Positions 19,087 to 28,657 of a stretch of 64,000 nt of DNA are shown piece after piece (within the stretch, counting starts at the first letter, position 1; every line of letters begins with the position of its first letter). Origin of the DNA: Gemmatimonadota bacterium (GTDB lineage: Bacteria; Gemmatimonadota; Gemmatimonadetes; Longimicrobiales; RSA9); the NCBI GenBank assembly GCA_039715185.1, contig JBDLIA010000008.1, forward strand, positions 4,207 through 68,206, written 5' to 3'. The notes beneath the pieces were generated by a model. The model saw only the letters and a program-made list of their open reading frames with translations. It was not told where the DNA came from and searched no databases. Position numbers and translations under genes: made by a program.

Positions 19087-21231
19087 ATGGGGATTCCCTT
19101 CGAGTCGAAAGCACCGCATCGAGACGGTCGAGACCCCGCACCGGGGGCGCTCGCCGATGGGCCCGGTGTGCCCACCGGCCCTGTAGATCCGGACGATCCG
19201 GCCTCCGTGCTCGAGCAGATTCCGGACGCCTTTCTGGCGTTCGACCGCGACTGGCGCGTCCAGCACCTGAACTGGAAGGCAGCGCACCTGCTGGGGGCCA
19301 GCCGCGCCGAGGTGTTGGGCCGGGAGGTATGGAGCGCGCTCCCCGAGGCCGGCGGCCTGGAGTGGGAAAGCGAACTGCGTCGCGCGGCGCAGGGGTCGTC
19401 TACGCTCCACCTCGAAAAGTACTTCCGCTCACCCGGAGCGTGGTTCGAGATCCATGCCTTCCCCAGCCGAATGGGCGTAGCGCTGTACATGCGCGACATC
19501 TCCGACCGCAAGTGGACCGAGCGGTCGCTGCGCGACTCGGATCATTTCGCCCGCACCATCCTGGCCAGCGTGGGCGAGGGCATCTTCGTGCTCGATCGCG
19601 AGCTGCGCTGCCGGCTGTGGAACGACTTCATGGCGCAGGCAACCGGCCTGACCGCCGAGGAGGTGCTGGGGCGGCCGGTGGGCGAGGTGTTCAACCTGGA
19701 CGCCAGCCCCGGCGCCGGAATCGGCCTCGGTCGTGTGTTGGAAGGCGAAGGTTTTCGCATCCCCTCGACACGCGAGTTGGTGCCCAGCACGCGCTCTCAG
19801 CGCTGGGTGGACCTCGTGCTCAGCCCTCAGGTCTCTCTGGAGGGTGAGGTGGTGGGGGTCGTGGGCATCATGCACGACGTGACCGACCGCCACGCGGTAG
19901 AGGAGCGGCTACTCCACTCCGCCATGCACGACCCGCTCACGGGCCTGCCGAATCGCAGCTATTTCATGGAACAGCTGCGCCAGGCCAACGATCGCGCGCG
20001 CCGTTACGAGGACTTCCACTTCGGGCTCGTGTTCCTGGACGTCGATCACTTCAAGGTGATCAACGACAGCCTCGGCCACCAAGCCGGCGACGACCTCCTG
20101 CTCCAGTTCGCCCGCAAGCTGGAGGATTGCGTCCGGCCCGGCGACATCGCCGCTCGCATAGGCGGCGACGAATTCGCCGTGTTGCTCTACGACATGGGGG
20201 ACGAGGTCGACGCCACGGACATCGCACAGCGGATCCAGTCCAGCCTGGGCAACAGGTTCGTAATCCAGGGGCGTGAAGTGTTCGTGACGCTCAGCGCGGG
20301 CGTCGCGGTCGGTACGGTAGGCTACGAGCGCCCGGAGGACCTGCTGCGGGACGCCGACACCGCGATGTATCGGGCCAAGGAGAAGGGCCGCGGGCGCTTC
20401 GAGCTCTTCGACGCCGAGATGCACAAGAGCGCGGTGGCACTCCTGCTCATGCAGACCGACCTGCAGCGCGCCGTGGAGCGCGAGGAATTCGCGCTGCACT
20501 ACCAGCCCATCTTCGACATCCGCGACGCCACGCTGGTGGGCTTCGAGGCTCTGCTGCGGTGGGAGCACCCGCGCAACGGTCTGATCGCACCGGGCGCCTT
20601 CATCCACGTCGCGGAGGACACCGGCGTGATCGTGGAGATCGGCCGCTGGGCGGCCCGCGAGGCGTGCCGCCAGTTGGGCGAATGGCGCGCGACGAGCCCG
20701 GGCGCCTCCGAGCTGTCCGTACACGTGAACCTGTCCGGCAAGGAATTCGTCCAGCCGGACGGCGTGGGCGAGATACTGGACATCGTGCGCGGCGCCGGCC
20801 TGGGCCCGGGCAGCTTGAAGCTGGAGGTCACCGAGAGCATCATCCTGGAAAACGCCGACCTGGTGGCGCGCGCGCTCGAGGAACTGCGCGAGCACGGCAT
20901 TGAGCTGTCCATCGACGATTTCGGCACCGGGTACTCTTCGCTGAGCTACCTGCACCGCTTTCCGTTCGACACGGTCAAGATCGACCAGTCCTTCGTCAGC
21001 GGCGCGGCGGCGGAGGTCAGCAATCAGGAAATCATCCGGGCGATCATCTCGCTGTCCCACAACCTGGGCATGGACGTGATCGCCGAGGGCGTGGAGACCT
21101 CGGAGCAGATGGAGATGCTGCTGCGGCTGGGCTGCGACTTCGCGCAGGGCTTCTTTTTCTCGGGGCCGATGGCGGGCGGCGACGCCGGGGCCTACATCGA
21201 CAGGGCCACGGCCACGGCGCTCGCGGGCTAG
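19087..21231 (+). CDS. PAS-PAS-GGDEF-EAL c-di-GMP turnover protein
   Basis: Two PAS-like segments, RIGGDEFAVL, FEALLRW and DDFGTGYSSL motifs. Start uncertain: the track ORF begins at 18946, and the internal Met MGIPFES at 19087 was chosen. Confidence 0.85.
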   Translation: MGIPFESKAPHRDGRDPAPGALADGPGVPTGPVDPDDPASVLEQIPDAFLAFDRDWRVQHLNWKAAHLLGASRAEVLGREVWSALPEAGGLEWESELRRAAQGSSTLHLEKYFRSPGAWFEIHAFPSRMGVALYMRDISDRKWTERSLRDSDHFARTILASVGEGIFVLDRELRCRLWNDFMAQATGLTAEEVLGRPVGEVFNLDASPGAGIGLGRVLEGEGFRIPSTRELVPSTRSQRWVDLVLSPQVSLEGEVVGVVGIMHDVTDRHAVEERLLHSAMHDPLTGLPNRSYFMEQLRQANDRARRYEDFHFGLVFLDVDHFKVINDSLGHQAGDDLLLQFARKLEDCVRPGDIAARIGGDEFAVLLYDMGDEVDATDIAQRIQSSLGNRFVIQGREVFVTLSAGVAVGTVGYERPEDLLRDADTAMYRAKEKGRGRFELFDAEMHKSAVALLLMQTDLQRAVEREEFALHYQPIFDIRDATLVGFEALLRWEHPRNGLIAPGAFIHVAEDTGVIVEIGRWAAREACRQLGEWRATSPGASELSVHVNLSGKEFVQPDGVGEILDIVRGAGLGPGSLKLEVTESIILENADLVARALEELREHGIELSIDDFGTGYSSLSYLHRFPFDTVKIDQSFVSGAAAEVSNQEIIRAIISLSHNLGMDVIAEGVETSEQMEMLLRLGCDFAQGFFFSGPMAGGDAGAYIDRATATALAG

Positions 21232-21242
21232 GCCTCCGCCGG

Positions 21243-21608
21243 TCAGCCCTCGCGGGGGGGCAGCAGCGTGGCGATCCGCCGCGCCAGCGCGCCGCGGCGA
21301 GCGACCACGCCGTCCAGCGCGTCGCGGAGATCCGGGGGGAGCCGCTCGAAGGGAACGCCGTCGCGGTAGTGGCCGAGCAGGACCGCCGAGATGACCTCGT
21401 CGTCGTGGTCGTCCCACCGAAAGGCGGCGTCCGTGCCGCGTAACGCGAGCGCCGCGAACGCCGTGCGATCGGCGCCGTCCACGCGCACCTCATCCACGCG
21501 TCCGTCCGTGCGCGTCTGCATCAGGTAGATCGCGCCGTCGTCCGCGGCGTTCATCGCCACCCCCGCGCGTTCCACATACCCTTCGCCCCACTCGCCATCC
21601 GTCAGCAT
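21243..21608 (-). CDS. Hypothetical protein
   Basis: 121 aa with non-junk composition. Convergent with the GGDEF-EAL gene. No motif recognised. Confidence 0.4.
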   Translation of the reverse strand: MLTDGEWGEGYVERAGVAMNAADDGAIYLMQTRTDGRVDEVRVDGADRTAFAALALRGTDAAFRWDDHDDEVISAVLLGHYRDGVPFERLPPDLRDALDGVVARRGALARRIATLLPPREG

Positions 21609-21703
21609 TCGTCCCCCTTGTCCGGTGGGCCGCGAGAGGCATAGCTTTGCGCCATGCGTTTCTCCCGTCGCCGCCCGAACTTACGCCGCGTGCGCATCGC
21701 CTC

Positions 21704-22861
21704 ATGAACGACGCCACTCTGCTCGGCGCGAGTGCCCTCGTTGCCCTCCTGGCCCTGGCCACGGCGGCCGTAGCCTGGGCCTCCAAGATTCGGTCTGATC
21801 GCCGGCACCGAATCGTCCTGGAAGAGGCGATTCGCTCCAGGGATAAGCAGATCGCGGCGCTCGAGCAACAGGTCGATTTCCTGCGCCAACTGGAGGCCGT
21901 GAAGTTCGTAGAGCGCTACATAGCGACGCGGCGCGGGCTCCAGCAGCGGCTGGACCGGCTCGCGGCGGACGAAGAGGCCGGACGCGCGCACGAGCGCCAC
22001 ATCGAACGCGAGATCCGCGAGCTGTCACGCTCCGATGAGGAGCGCCAGGAGGACGTGCAGCGGCTTCGAGCAGAGCTCTCGCGCAATCAGCAGGAGGCGC
22101 ACCGGCTGGAGCAGGCGATCGACGCGGTGTACTCGATCGGCGAAATCCAGGTGGACGAGGTGCGTCGCGAGGTGGCCAGGCGCAGGCGACTGGCGGTAGA
22201 GCTCAGGGGTCGCATCGAGCGCATGGCGCTGGACGCGGACGCGAAGGTGGCCGAGATCGCGCGCTTGAGCGCCGAACTCGAGAGCGGCCGCGAAGGCATG
22301 GAGGCGCTCAGGCGCGAGCTGGACCTGACGCGCTCCGCGGGACCCATCGTCGACGGGCTGCTCGGCATCGACGAGGATCTCGCGGACCAGGTGGACGACA
22401 TCGACCACCACCTGGCGCAGGCGGGCCTGGACCTGGGCTCGGGCGGCGACGCCGACACCGTGGGCCATTTCCTGGCCGTCGTCGAGAGGGAGCGCTCACA
22501 GCGCGGGAAGCTGCTCGGCGCCGGGGGGGGCAAGGCGACGGACGGCGCCGCGGCCCAGAGGGGTCGCGAGGCTACGGCCGCGGCGGAGCGCGGGGGCGCG
22601 GGGACCGAAGAGGAGGCGGCGGAATGGGTGGCAGACGCGGTAGGACTCGAAGGCGGCCCCGAGCAGGATCCGTGGGACGCGGTGACGGCGGGCTCGAGCG
22701 GCAACAACAACGGCACCAACGCGGACGCGGCCACGCCGCCGCCTCCGGAGCCGGAGTCCAGGCGCCCGGTGGCCGTGCCGGGTCCGGTCGTGGCGGAATC
22801 CCCGCCGGCCGAGGAGCACAGCCCGGAAGAGGAGCCGCCGGAACCTCGCGTCTGGTACTGA
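21704..22861 (+). CDS. Membrane-anchored coiled-coil protein with acidic/Pro-rich tail
   Basis: Start trimmed to MNDATLLGASALVALLALATAAVAWA (TM). About 200 aa of heptad-like charged helix (RLRAELSRNQQEAHRLEQ...), then a PPPPEPE tail. Confidence 0.6.
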   Translation: MNDATLLGASALVALLALATAAVAWASKIRSDRRHRIVLEEAIRSRDKQIAALEQQVDFLRQLEAVKFVERYIATRRGLQQRLDRLAADEEAGRAHERHIEREIRELSRSDEERQEDVQRLRAELSRNQQEAHRLEQAIDAVYSIGEIQVDEVRREVARRRRLAVELRGRIERMALDADAKVAEIARLSAELESGREGMEALRRELDLTRSAGPIVDGLLGIDEDLADQVDDIDHHLAQAGLDLGSGGDADTVGHFLAVVERERSQRGKLLGAGGGKATDGAAAQRGREATAAAERGGAGTEEEAAEWVADAVGLEGGPEQDPWDAVTAGSSGNNNGTNADAATPPPPEPESRRPVAVPGPVVAESPPAEEHSPEEEPPEPRVWY

Positions 22862-22892
22862 TGGTCCGCGCGGGCCACCCTCGCGGGGCGCC

Positions 22893-25367
22893 ATGAGCGG
22901 GCCGGACTACTACGCGCTTCTAGGCGTCTCCCGCGACGCCGAACTCGCCGCCATCAAGCAGGCGTACCGTCGGCTCGCGCTGCGCTACCATCCCGATCGG
23001 CGCGGCGGCGATCCGTCCGCGGCCGAGGCGTTCAGGCTCGTCACCGAGGCCTACCGCGTCCTGCGCGATCCGCGCAAGCGACCCATCTACGACCGCTTCG
23101 GCAGCACCGGGCTCACCATTCAAGAGGGCCCCGCGGCGGACCTCACCATGGCGGAGGCGCTGGAGACCTTCGTGCGCGACTTCGGGGCCTTCTCCGACAT
23201 CGGCACCGAGGCCGCGGCGGCCGCGGAGGCCGCGCTGCGGGCCGACCCGGCGGGGCGGCGGACCACGCGGGACCGGCCGCGCGCGGGCCCCGTTCGCTCG
23301 CCTGAGACCGCGCGTTCGGGGCAGCGAACCCAGCAGCGGCGGGAGGCACGCCCACCCGGCCGCAAGGCCCCGGTGCGGGCGGTGGCCCTCACGTTGGAGG
23401 AGGTCGATGCGGGCGTCGTGCGGGCGCTGCGGCCGCCCTGCGGCGCGTGCCGGGGCAGCGGCGAGCGCCGCGGCGAGCTCCAGCGTGTGTGCGAGCGCTG
23501 CGACGGCGTGGGCGACGTTCAGGTGCTCAAGCGCACCCTGCTCGGACCCACCAAGGCGCCGCAGCGCTGTCCGGACTGCGGCGGCTCGGGGCGGCGCCCC
23601 CTGCCCCCCTGCCCCGCGTGCCGTGGCACCGGCGATCTGCCGAACAGCAACGCGCACGTGGTGGAAATCCCGCCGGGCGTCAGGGACGGCGGGAGGATCG
23701 AGGTCGGGCCGGCGGACGACCGCCTGGACGTCCGCGTCCAGGTCATGGAGCACGAGCGCTTCGTGCGCGTGGGCGACGACCTGCAGGCCGAGCTGCCGCT
23801 CACCTTCACTCAGGCGGCGCTGGGCGCCGTGATGGACGTGCCCACGCTGCGGGGCCGGGGCCGGGTGCGGGTGCCGGCCGGCACTCAACCCGGTGAGGAG
23901 CTGCGCGTGCAGGGCGACGGCCTGCCGGAGACGAGCGGCGTGGGCCGGGGAGACCTGCTGCTACGCACCACGCTGACGGTGCCGCGCAAGCTCGCCAAGG
24001 AAGACCGCAAGCTCCTCAAGGAGTTGGAGTTCGGCGGGGGACGCATCGGCGGCTTGCGCTACATCCTGCCGGCGGCGGCGCTGCTGATCGCGACGGTTTC
24101 AATGGCGCTGTGGTACTGGCAAGGCCCGCAGCGCGCCCCGGGTGGCGACGGGCTGGTGGCGGCCGGCCCGCCGGGCGCGGCGGCTCCCGAGCTGGCGAGC
24201 ACGCTCCCCGCGGCGACCGAGCCGGCCGCGGGTGGCGGCGCCCAGCGCGCCGACCCGGAGCGAGCCGGCGGCGGGCCGACTCAGCCGGAGCCGCCGCCAG
24301 CCGGACCGGAGGAGGTCGCCGGGGCGCTGGCCGTCCTCCCGGCGGCGACGGGGGCTGACGCGGCGGCGGGGTCCGACGATGCGCGCCTGCTGGTGGGTGG
24401 CGCGGCCACGTGCGCGGGCTTGGACGGCGGCCGGCTGCGTTGCTGGGGAAGCGGACGCGGCCCGCTCCGCCTGGCGGCGATCCCGCGTACCGGCGACCCC
24501 AGATCGATTTCGGTCGGGATGCGGCACGCGTGCGTGGTGGACGTGGCAGGCGCGCTGAGCTGCTGGGGGGCCAACGAATCGGGCCAGATCGGCGACGGCG
24601 GCACGCGCGACCGACGCGGTCCGTGGCCGGTCCGCGCGCAGGCGCCTTTCGCGGAGGTGGCGGTGGGCGCCGGCCATACGTGCGCGCTGGGCGAGACCGG
24701 GGCGCTGAGCTGCTGGGGCGCGATAGCGGGCGGTCGCTCGGCTCCCGGCGTAGCCCTGGACGGAGCCATGTACGGCGGGCTCGTGGGCGGCTGGACGCAC
24801 GCCTGCGCGCTCGACACCGACGGCTACGCCCACTGCCTGGGCGGCAACAGGTTCGGGCAGGTGGGAGACGGGACGACGCGGGACCGAGACGTCCCAGCGC
24901 CGGTGGCGTCCGACGCCCGCTTCGTCGCCCTCGCGGCCGGCTCCGGGCATACCTGCGGCGTGGACGTTGCCGGTCGCGCCTGGTGTTGGGGACGGAACGA
25001 TGGCGGACAGCTAGGCCTGTCCGGCGGGGCACCCGCGGTCAGGCCGGTCGAGCTGGAAGCTCCGGTGGTATTCGTGTTCGTAACGGCGGGCGCGCGCTTT
25101 ACGTGCGCGCTGGATGAGGAGGCACGGGCATGGTGTTGGGGAGCCAACGGATACGGGCAGTTGGGAACGGGCGACACGGACGGTCGCGCGCGGCCCTCAC
25201 CGGTGCGGGGCGGGTTGCGCTTCCGCACCATCCAGGCGGGCGCGGCGCACGTGTGCGGGCAGACCACCCAGGGCGAGCTGGTGTGTTGGGGGGCGAACGT
25301 CGCCGGCCAGTTGGGCGACGCGTCGCGCGGCAACCGCTCGAGTCCGGTGCTCCTGCCGGGCGACTAG
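22893..25367 (+). CDS. Membrane-spanning DnaJ (J domain + CR zinc finger + DnaJ C-terminal region) fused to a 7-repeat RCC1-like beta-propeller
   Basis: J domain DYYALLGVSRDAELAAIKQAYRRLALRYHPDR. Cys-rich zinc-finger-like region containing CxxCxGxG motifs (CGACRGSG, CPDCGGSG, CPACRGTG) plus CERCDGVG. TM LRYILPAAALLIATVSMALWYW. Seven CWG..xxGQ[LIV]GDG-type repeats. Confidence 0.85.
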   Translation: MSGPDYYALLGVSRDAELAAIKQAYRRLALRYHPDRRGGDPSAAEAFRLVTEAYRVLRDPRKRPIYDRFGSTGLTIQEGPAADLTMAEALETFVRDFGAFSDIGTEAAAAAEAALRADPAGRRTTRDRPRAGPVRSPETARSGQRTQQRREARPPGRKAPVRAVALTLEEVDAGVVRALRPPCGACRGSGERRGELQRVCERCDGVGDVQVLKRTLLGPTKAPQRCPDCGGSGRRPLPPCPACRGTGDLPNSNAHVVEIPPGVRDGGRIEVGPADDRLDVRVQVMEHERFVRVGDDLQAELPLTFTQAALGAVMDVPTLRGRGRVRVPAGTQPGEELRVQGDGLPETSGVGRGDLLLRTTLTVPRKLAKEDRKLLKELEFGGGRIGGLRYILPAAALLIATVSMALWYWQGPQRAPGGDGLVAAGPPGAAAPELASTLPAATEPAAGGGAQRADPERAGGGPTQPEPPPAGPEEVAGALAVLPAATGADAAAGSDDARLLVGGAATCAGLDGGRLRCWGSGRGPLRLAAIPRTGDPRSISVGMRHACVVDVAGALSCWGANESGQIGDGGTRDRRGPWPVRAQAPFAEVAVGAGHTCALGETGALSCWGAIAGGRSAPGVALDGAMYGGLVGGWTHACALDTDGYAHCLGGNRFGQVGDGTTRDRDVPAPVASDARFVALAAGSGHTCGVDVAGRAWCWGRNDGGQLGLSGGAPAVRPVELEAPVVFVFVTAGARFTCALDEEARAWCWGANGYGQLGTGDTDGRARPSPVRGGLRFRTIQAGAAHVCGQTTQGELVCWGANVAGQLGDASRGNRSSPVLLPGD

Positions 25368-25369
25368 CG

Positions 25370-27538
25370 ATGTTCTCCCAGAAGGGCGTCTCGCGCTCGA
25401 CCTGGCTGCGCGGCGTGCTCGCCGGCGGAGCGATTCTCTGGGCGCTGGGCGCCTCGGCCGAGCCGGCCGCGGCGCAGGATCGCACGACCGAGGCGTGCCG
25501 CGCATACGTGAGCGCGGGAGGCGCCGTACCGGTGGCCCCCACGTCCGATCCCGACGAGGTCGAACGGCTGGTGTCGGCGGCGCTCCAGGCGAGCCTGCTG
25601 GAGGACCACGAGACCGCCGGACAGTTGCTCCAGCGCGCGCGGCGGTTGGCCCCCTCGGACCCCGACGTGGCCTACTACATGGGCCGCGCGCAGGTGGCCG
25701 CGGGTGACTCCGCCAACGCCATCGCCTCCTATTGCGCCTACCTGAATCTGGCGCCCAACGCCCCCGATCGCGCCGTGGTGCAGGCCACCGTCGCCGGCCT
25801 GCTGGATGGCGTACCCGCGCCGTCCCCCGCCGTCGAGGCGAGCGCGCCCGAGGGGTCTGGCCTGGCGTTCGGCCGCCTGGAGATCCTGGCCGTCGTGGGC
25901 GTCCTGTTGGCGATCCTGCTGGCCCTCCTGGCTGCCGGCACGGACGGGTCGCGCGTCCTGACGCGGGCGCGAGCCTACCTGGCCGAGCGCCGCCAGCGCC
26001 GCGTGGGAAGCATCGCCGCGTCCGCGCGCCGCGGAGTCTCGGAGGCCTGGCTAGAGCACGGCCTCAGGGATCGTGGCTCTCCGGGCCGGAGGCTGGAGCG
26101 GCTATCAGAAGCCCTCGAGCGACTCGGCGACCGCGAGATAGCCACGCTCGAGAGGCTCGAGGCGCGGCTCGCCGCGGGCGCGCGCGCGCTGACCCGTGTC
26201 ATGGTCCGGCGCGACACCGCCTCCGGTGAGCGATCGCGCGAAGGGGAGCTCATCCCGCGGGGTGGCGACAGCGTCGCCATCGTGGTCATGCTCGCCATCG
26301 TGGCGGTGGCCGTCGTGGCGCTCAACACCATCCTGCTCCACGACGCGGTCGCCCAGGCGTTGCCTGCGCCCTCTTCCTTGACCGGGGTGGACGTCGCCCT
26401 GCTGGTGGCATTGGGCCTCGGCATCGCCGCCCTGGGCGCTGGCCTGCTGTGGTACGCGCTCGAGAGCGTGGAGGCGGCCAGCCTGCACACCCTTCTGTTC
26501 AAGCTCACGCCGTTCCTGCTGGTGTTCGGATTGACCACCGTGCAGGTTCTGGCCTACACGGTGGTAAGCGGTCGGCTGGACATTCCGGGCCGCCTGGACG
26601 TCGAACCGGGCACCATGCTCTATCCGGTGCTGAGCTACCTGGTGGTTCTCATCGGCGGGCTGATCCCGCTGTCTCTGGCCACCACCGGGTACTCGCTCTT
26701 CAACGGCCTCCAACGCGCGCGCGTGGCGACCAGTGAGCGGCGGCTGCAACGGGCCCTCGCCGACCGTCCGGAGGAGACTCTGGCGCGCATCGCCGAGCAC
26801 ACCGAACGGTTCCACCACGAGCTGATTCACGGCTTCAGGGACGCCGCGGGCATCGGCGGGGAAGACGAGGAGTCGGTGGCTCTCATCGTCAGGGAGGAGA
26901 TCACGGCGCTTCAGCGCACCGCCCCGGCGGCGGTCGCCGTGCGTCCCACCACCGAGGTGCTCGGGCCGTTCCTCCTGGACCTCGGCGTGGTGGCCGCGTG
27001 GGCGCTCGTGGTCGGTCACGCGTTCCAGCTGTTTTCGCGCCCCGGCGGCGGGCTCGATCCGGTAGCTTGGGGAATCGCAGCGCTGGCCGCCGCGCTGGCG
27101 GTCACCGCCGCCGGCATCGTCGCCAAGCGCGTGCTGTTCGGGCGCGCCGGGCTCGGCACCACGCCTTCCCTGCCGCGCGGCCGGCCGGGCAAGCTCGTGC
27201 TCGGATTCGCGGCGGCGTGCGGGCTCCTCGGCGGGTTGCTCCTTCTCGCGCTCGCGTACGGCCTGCAGCCGCTTTCCAGCGGCCCGACGCTCAACCTGCT
27301 GTACGGCGGCCTGCTCACTCTCCTGCTGGCGCTCGCCGCCGCCGCGCTGGACGACGCCATCCTCGCTCTCGCCACTCTGCTCCGGATGACCGGGCACGGG
27401 AGCGTCTGGCTCTTGGCCGAGATCGCCGCCGGGGCGTCCTTCGTGGCCGAGGCCGCGCTCGCCACGCTCGCGCTGGTCGCCAGCGGCGGAGCCGGCAGCC
27501 GGCGCGAAGGCGCCGGAGAGCCGGACGCGGCGGGCTAG
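25370..27538 (+). CDS. Polytopic membrane protein with N-terminal signal peptide and TPR-like periplasmic segment, hypothetical
   Basis: Start at ATG 25370 (MFSQKGVSRSTWLRGVLAGGAILWALGASA), 2 nt after the DnaJ-RCC1 stop. About 10 hydrophobic helices. The track ORF start (25130) lies inside the upstream gene. Confidence 0.6.
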   Translation: MFSQKGVSRSTWLRGVLAGGAILWALGASAEPAAAQDRTTEACRAYVSAGGAVPVAPTSDPDEVERLVSAALQASLLEDHETAGQLLQRARRLAPSDPDVAYYMGRAQVAAGDSANAIASYCAYLNLAPNAPDRAVVQATVAGLLDGVPAPSPAVEASAPEGSGLAFGRLEILAVVGVLLAILLALLAAGTDGSRVLTRARAYLAERRQRRVGSIAASARRGVSEAWLEHGLRDRGSPGRRLERLSEALERLGDREIATLERLEARLAAGARALTRVMVRRDTASGERSREGELIPRGGDSVAIVVMLAIVAVAVVALNTILLHDAVAQALPAPSSLTGVDVALLVALGLGIAALGAGLLWYALESVEAASLHTLLFKLTPFLLVFGLTTVQVLAYTVVSGRLDIPGRLDVEPGTMLYPVLSYLVVLIGGLIPLSLATTGYSLFNGLQRARVATSERRLQRALADRPEETLARIAEHTERFHHELIHGFRDAAGIGGEDEESVALIVREEITALQRTAPAAVAVRPTTEVLGPFLLDLGVVAAWALVVGHAFQLFSRPGGGLDPVAWGIAALAAALAVTAAGIVAKRVLFGRAGLGTTPSLPRGRPGKLVLGFAAACGLLGGLLLLALAYGLQPLSSGPTLNLLYGGLLTLLLALAAAALDDAILALATLLRMTGHGSVWLLAEIAAGASFVAEAALATLALVASGGAGSRREGAGEPDAAG

Positions 27539-27679
27539 CCGCCGGCGCAGCGAAGTCCCCCTCGCGGGCGACGCGCACGGGCCTCCGCCACCGCGCGTCG
27601 TCCGCGTCGAAGGAAGCGCGGCCGAGCCTCGTATCCGGGCGCGAGATCCGGTCCCGGCCACTCCCGACAGCGGAGGCGC

Positions 27680-28657
27680 ATGAGCGACGCGCTCATCCTG
27701 GAGAAGGTCACGAAGAGCTACGCGGAGCACGTGGCGGTGCGCGACTTGAGCATCCGCGTACCGACCGGCTCCGTCTACGGCATCCTCGGTCCCAACGGCG
27801 CGGGCAAGTCGACCACGCTACGCATGGTGATGAACATCCTGCTCAGGGACGAAGGAACCATTCGCCTGCTCGGTCGAGACCCCGAAACGGACCGGACGGT
27901 GCTGCGCAGGGTCGGCTATCTGCCCGAGGAGCGTGGGCTCTACAAGAAGATGAAGGTCATTGACGTGATCGTCTTCTTCGCGCGCCTGAAGGGGGTGGAC
28001 GCGACCGAGGCAAGGCGGCGCGGCGGCGCCTGGCTCGAACGCATGGGGCTGGAAGAGTGGGTCCACGCCAACGTCGATACCCTGTCCAAGGGCATGCAGC
28101 AGAAGGTCCAGTTCATCACGACCGTGCTGCACGACCCGGAAGTGCTGATCCTGGACGAGCCGCAAGCCGGTTTGGACCCGGTGAACCAGGAGGTTCTGCG
28201 GGAGACGATCCTCAACGCCAGCCGGTCCGGGCACACCGTGATACTCAGCACGCACAACATGGCGGAAGCCCAGCGCATGTGTGATTCGGTGTGCATCATC
28301 GCCGACGGAGCCAAGGTGCTGGAAGGAGACGTGCGCGAGCTGCGGCGCCGGCATCGCGGCGATCGCTACGTGGTCGAATTCGATCGCGACACGGAGGAAG
28401 CGCGTCGGTTCATGGCCCAGAGTCGGTTGATCGGAGACGCCCGCGAGTCCGAGGAGGCCTGGCACGTGGAGTTGGCCGAGGGCGCCGATGCGCGCTCGTT
28501 CCTGGGTCAGCTCAGCGCCCTGGACATGCCCTTGACGCGCTTCGAGCACCTGCAGCCAACGCTGCACGAGATCTTCGTGAGCCACGTGGGCAACGCCGCT
28601 CACCCCCGGCGTCGAGACGAAGCCCAGCTCCACGCCGAGGAGGCGCTCCGTGCGTGA
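27680..28657 (+). CDS. ABC transporter ATP-binding protein (ABC-2/NatA-like)
   Basis: Walker A GPNGAGKST, signature LSKGMQQK, Walker B LILDEP. Confidence 0.9.
   Translation: MSDALILEKVTKSYAEHVAVRDLSIRVPTGSVYGILGPNGAGKSTTLRMVMNILLRDEGTIRLLGRDPETDRTVLRRVGYLPEERGLYKKMKVIDVIVFFARLKGVDATEARRRGGAWLERMGLEEWVHANVDTLSKGMQQKVQFITTVLHDPEVLILDEPQAGLDPVNQEVLRETILNASRSGHTVILSTHNMAEAQRMCDSVCIIADGAKVLEGDVRELRRRHRGDRYVVEFDRDTEEARRFMAQSRLIGDARESEEAWHVELAEGADARSFLGQLSALDMPLTRFEHLQPTLHEIFVSHVGNAAHPRRRDEAQLHAEEALRA

Noticed and set aside
19909-21417. 502-aa minus-strand ORF antisense to the second GGDEF-EAL gene
   Set aside because: No motifs. It overlaps a gene with intact GGDEF and EAL signatures.
26105-27730. 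541-aa minus-strand ORF antisense to the polytopic membrane protein
   Set aside because: Arg/Gly/Glu-rich junk. The plus frame gives regular hydrophobic helices.
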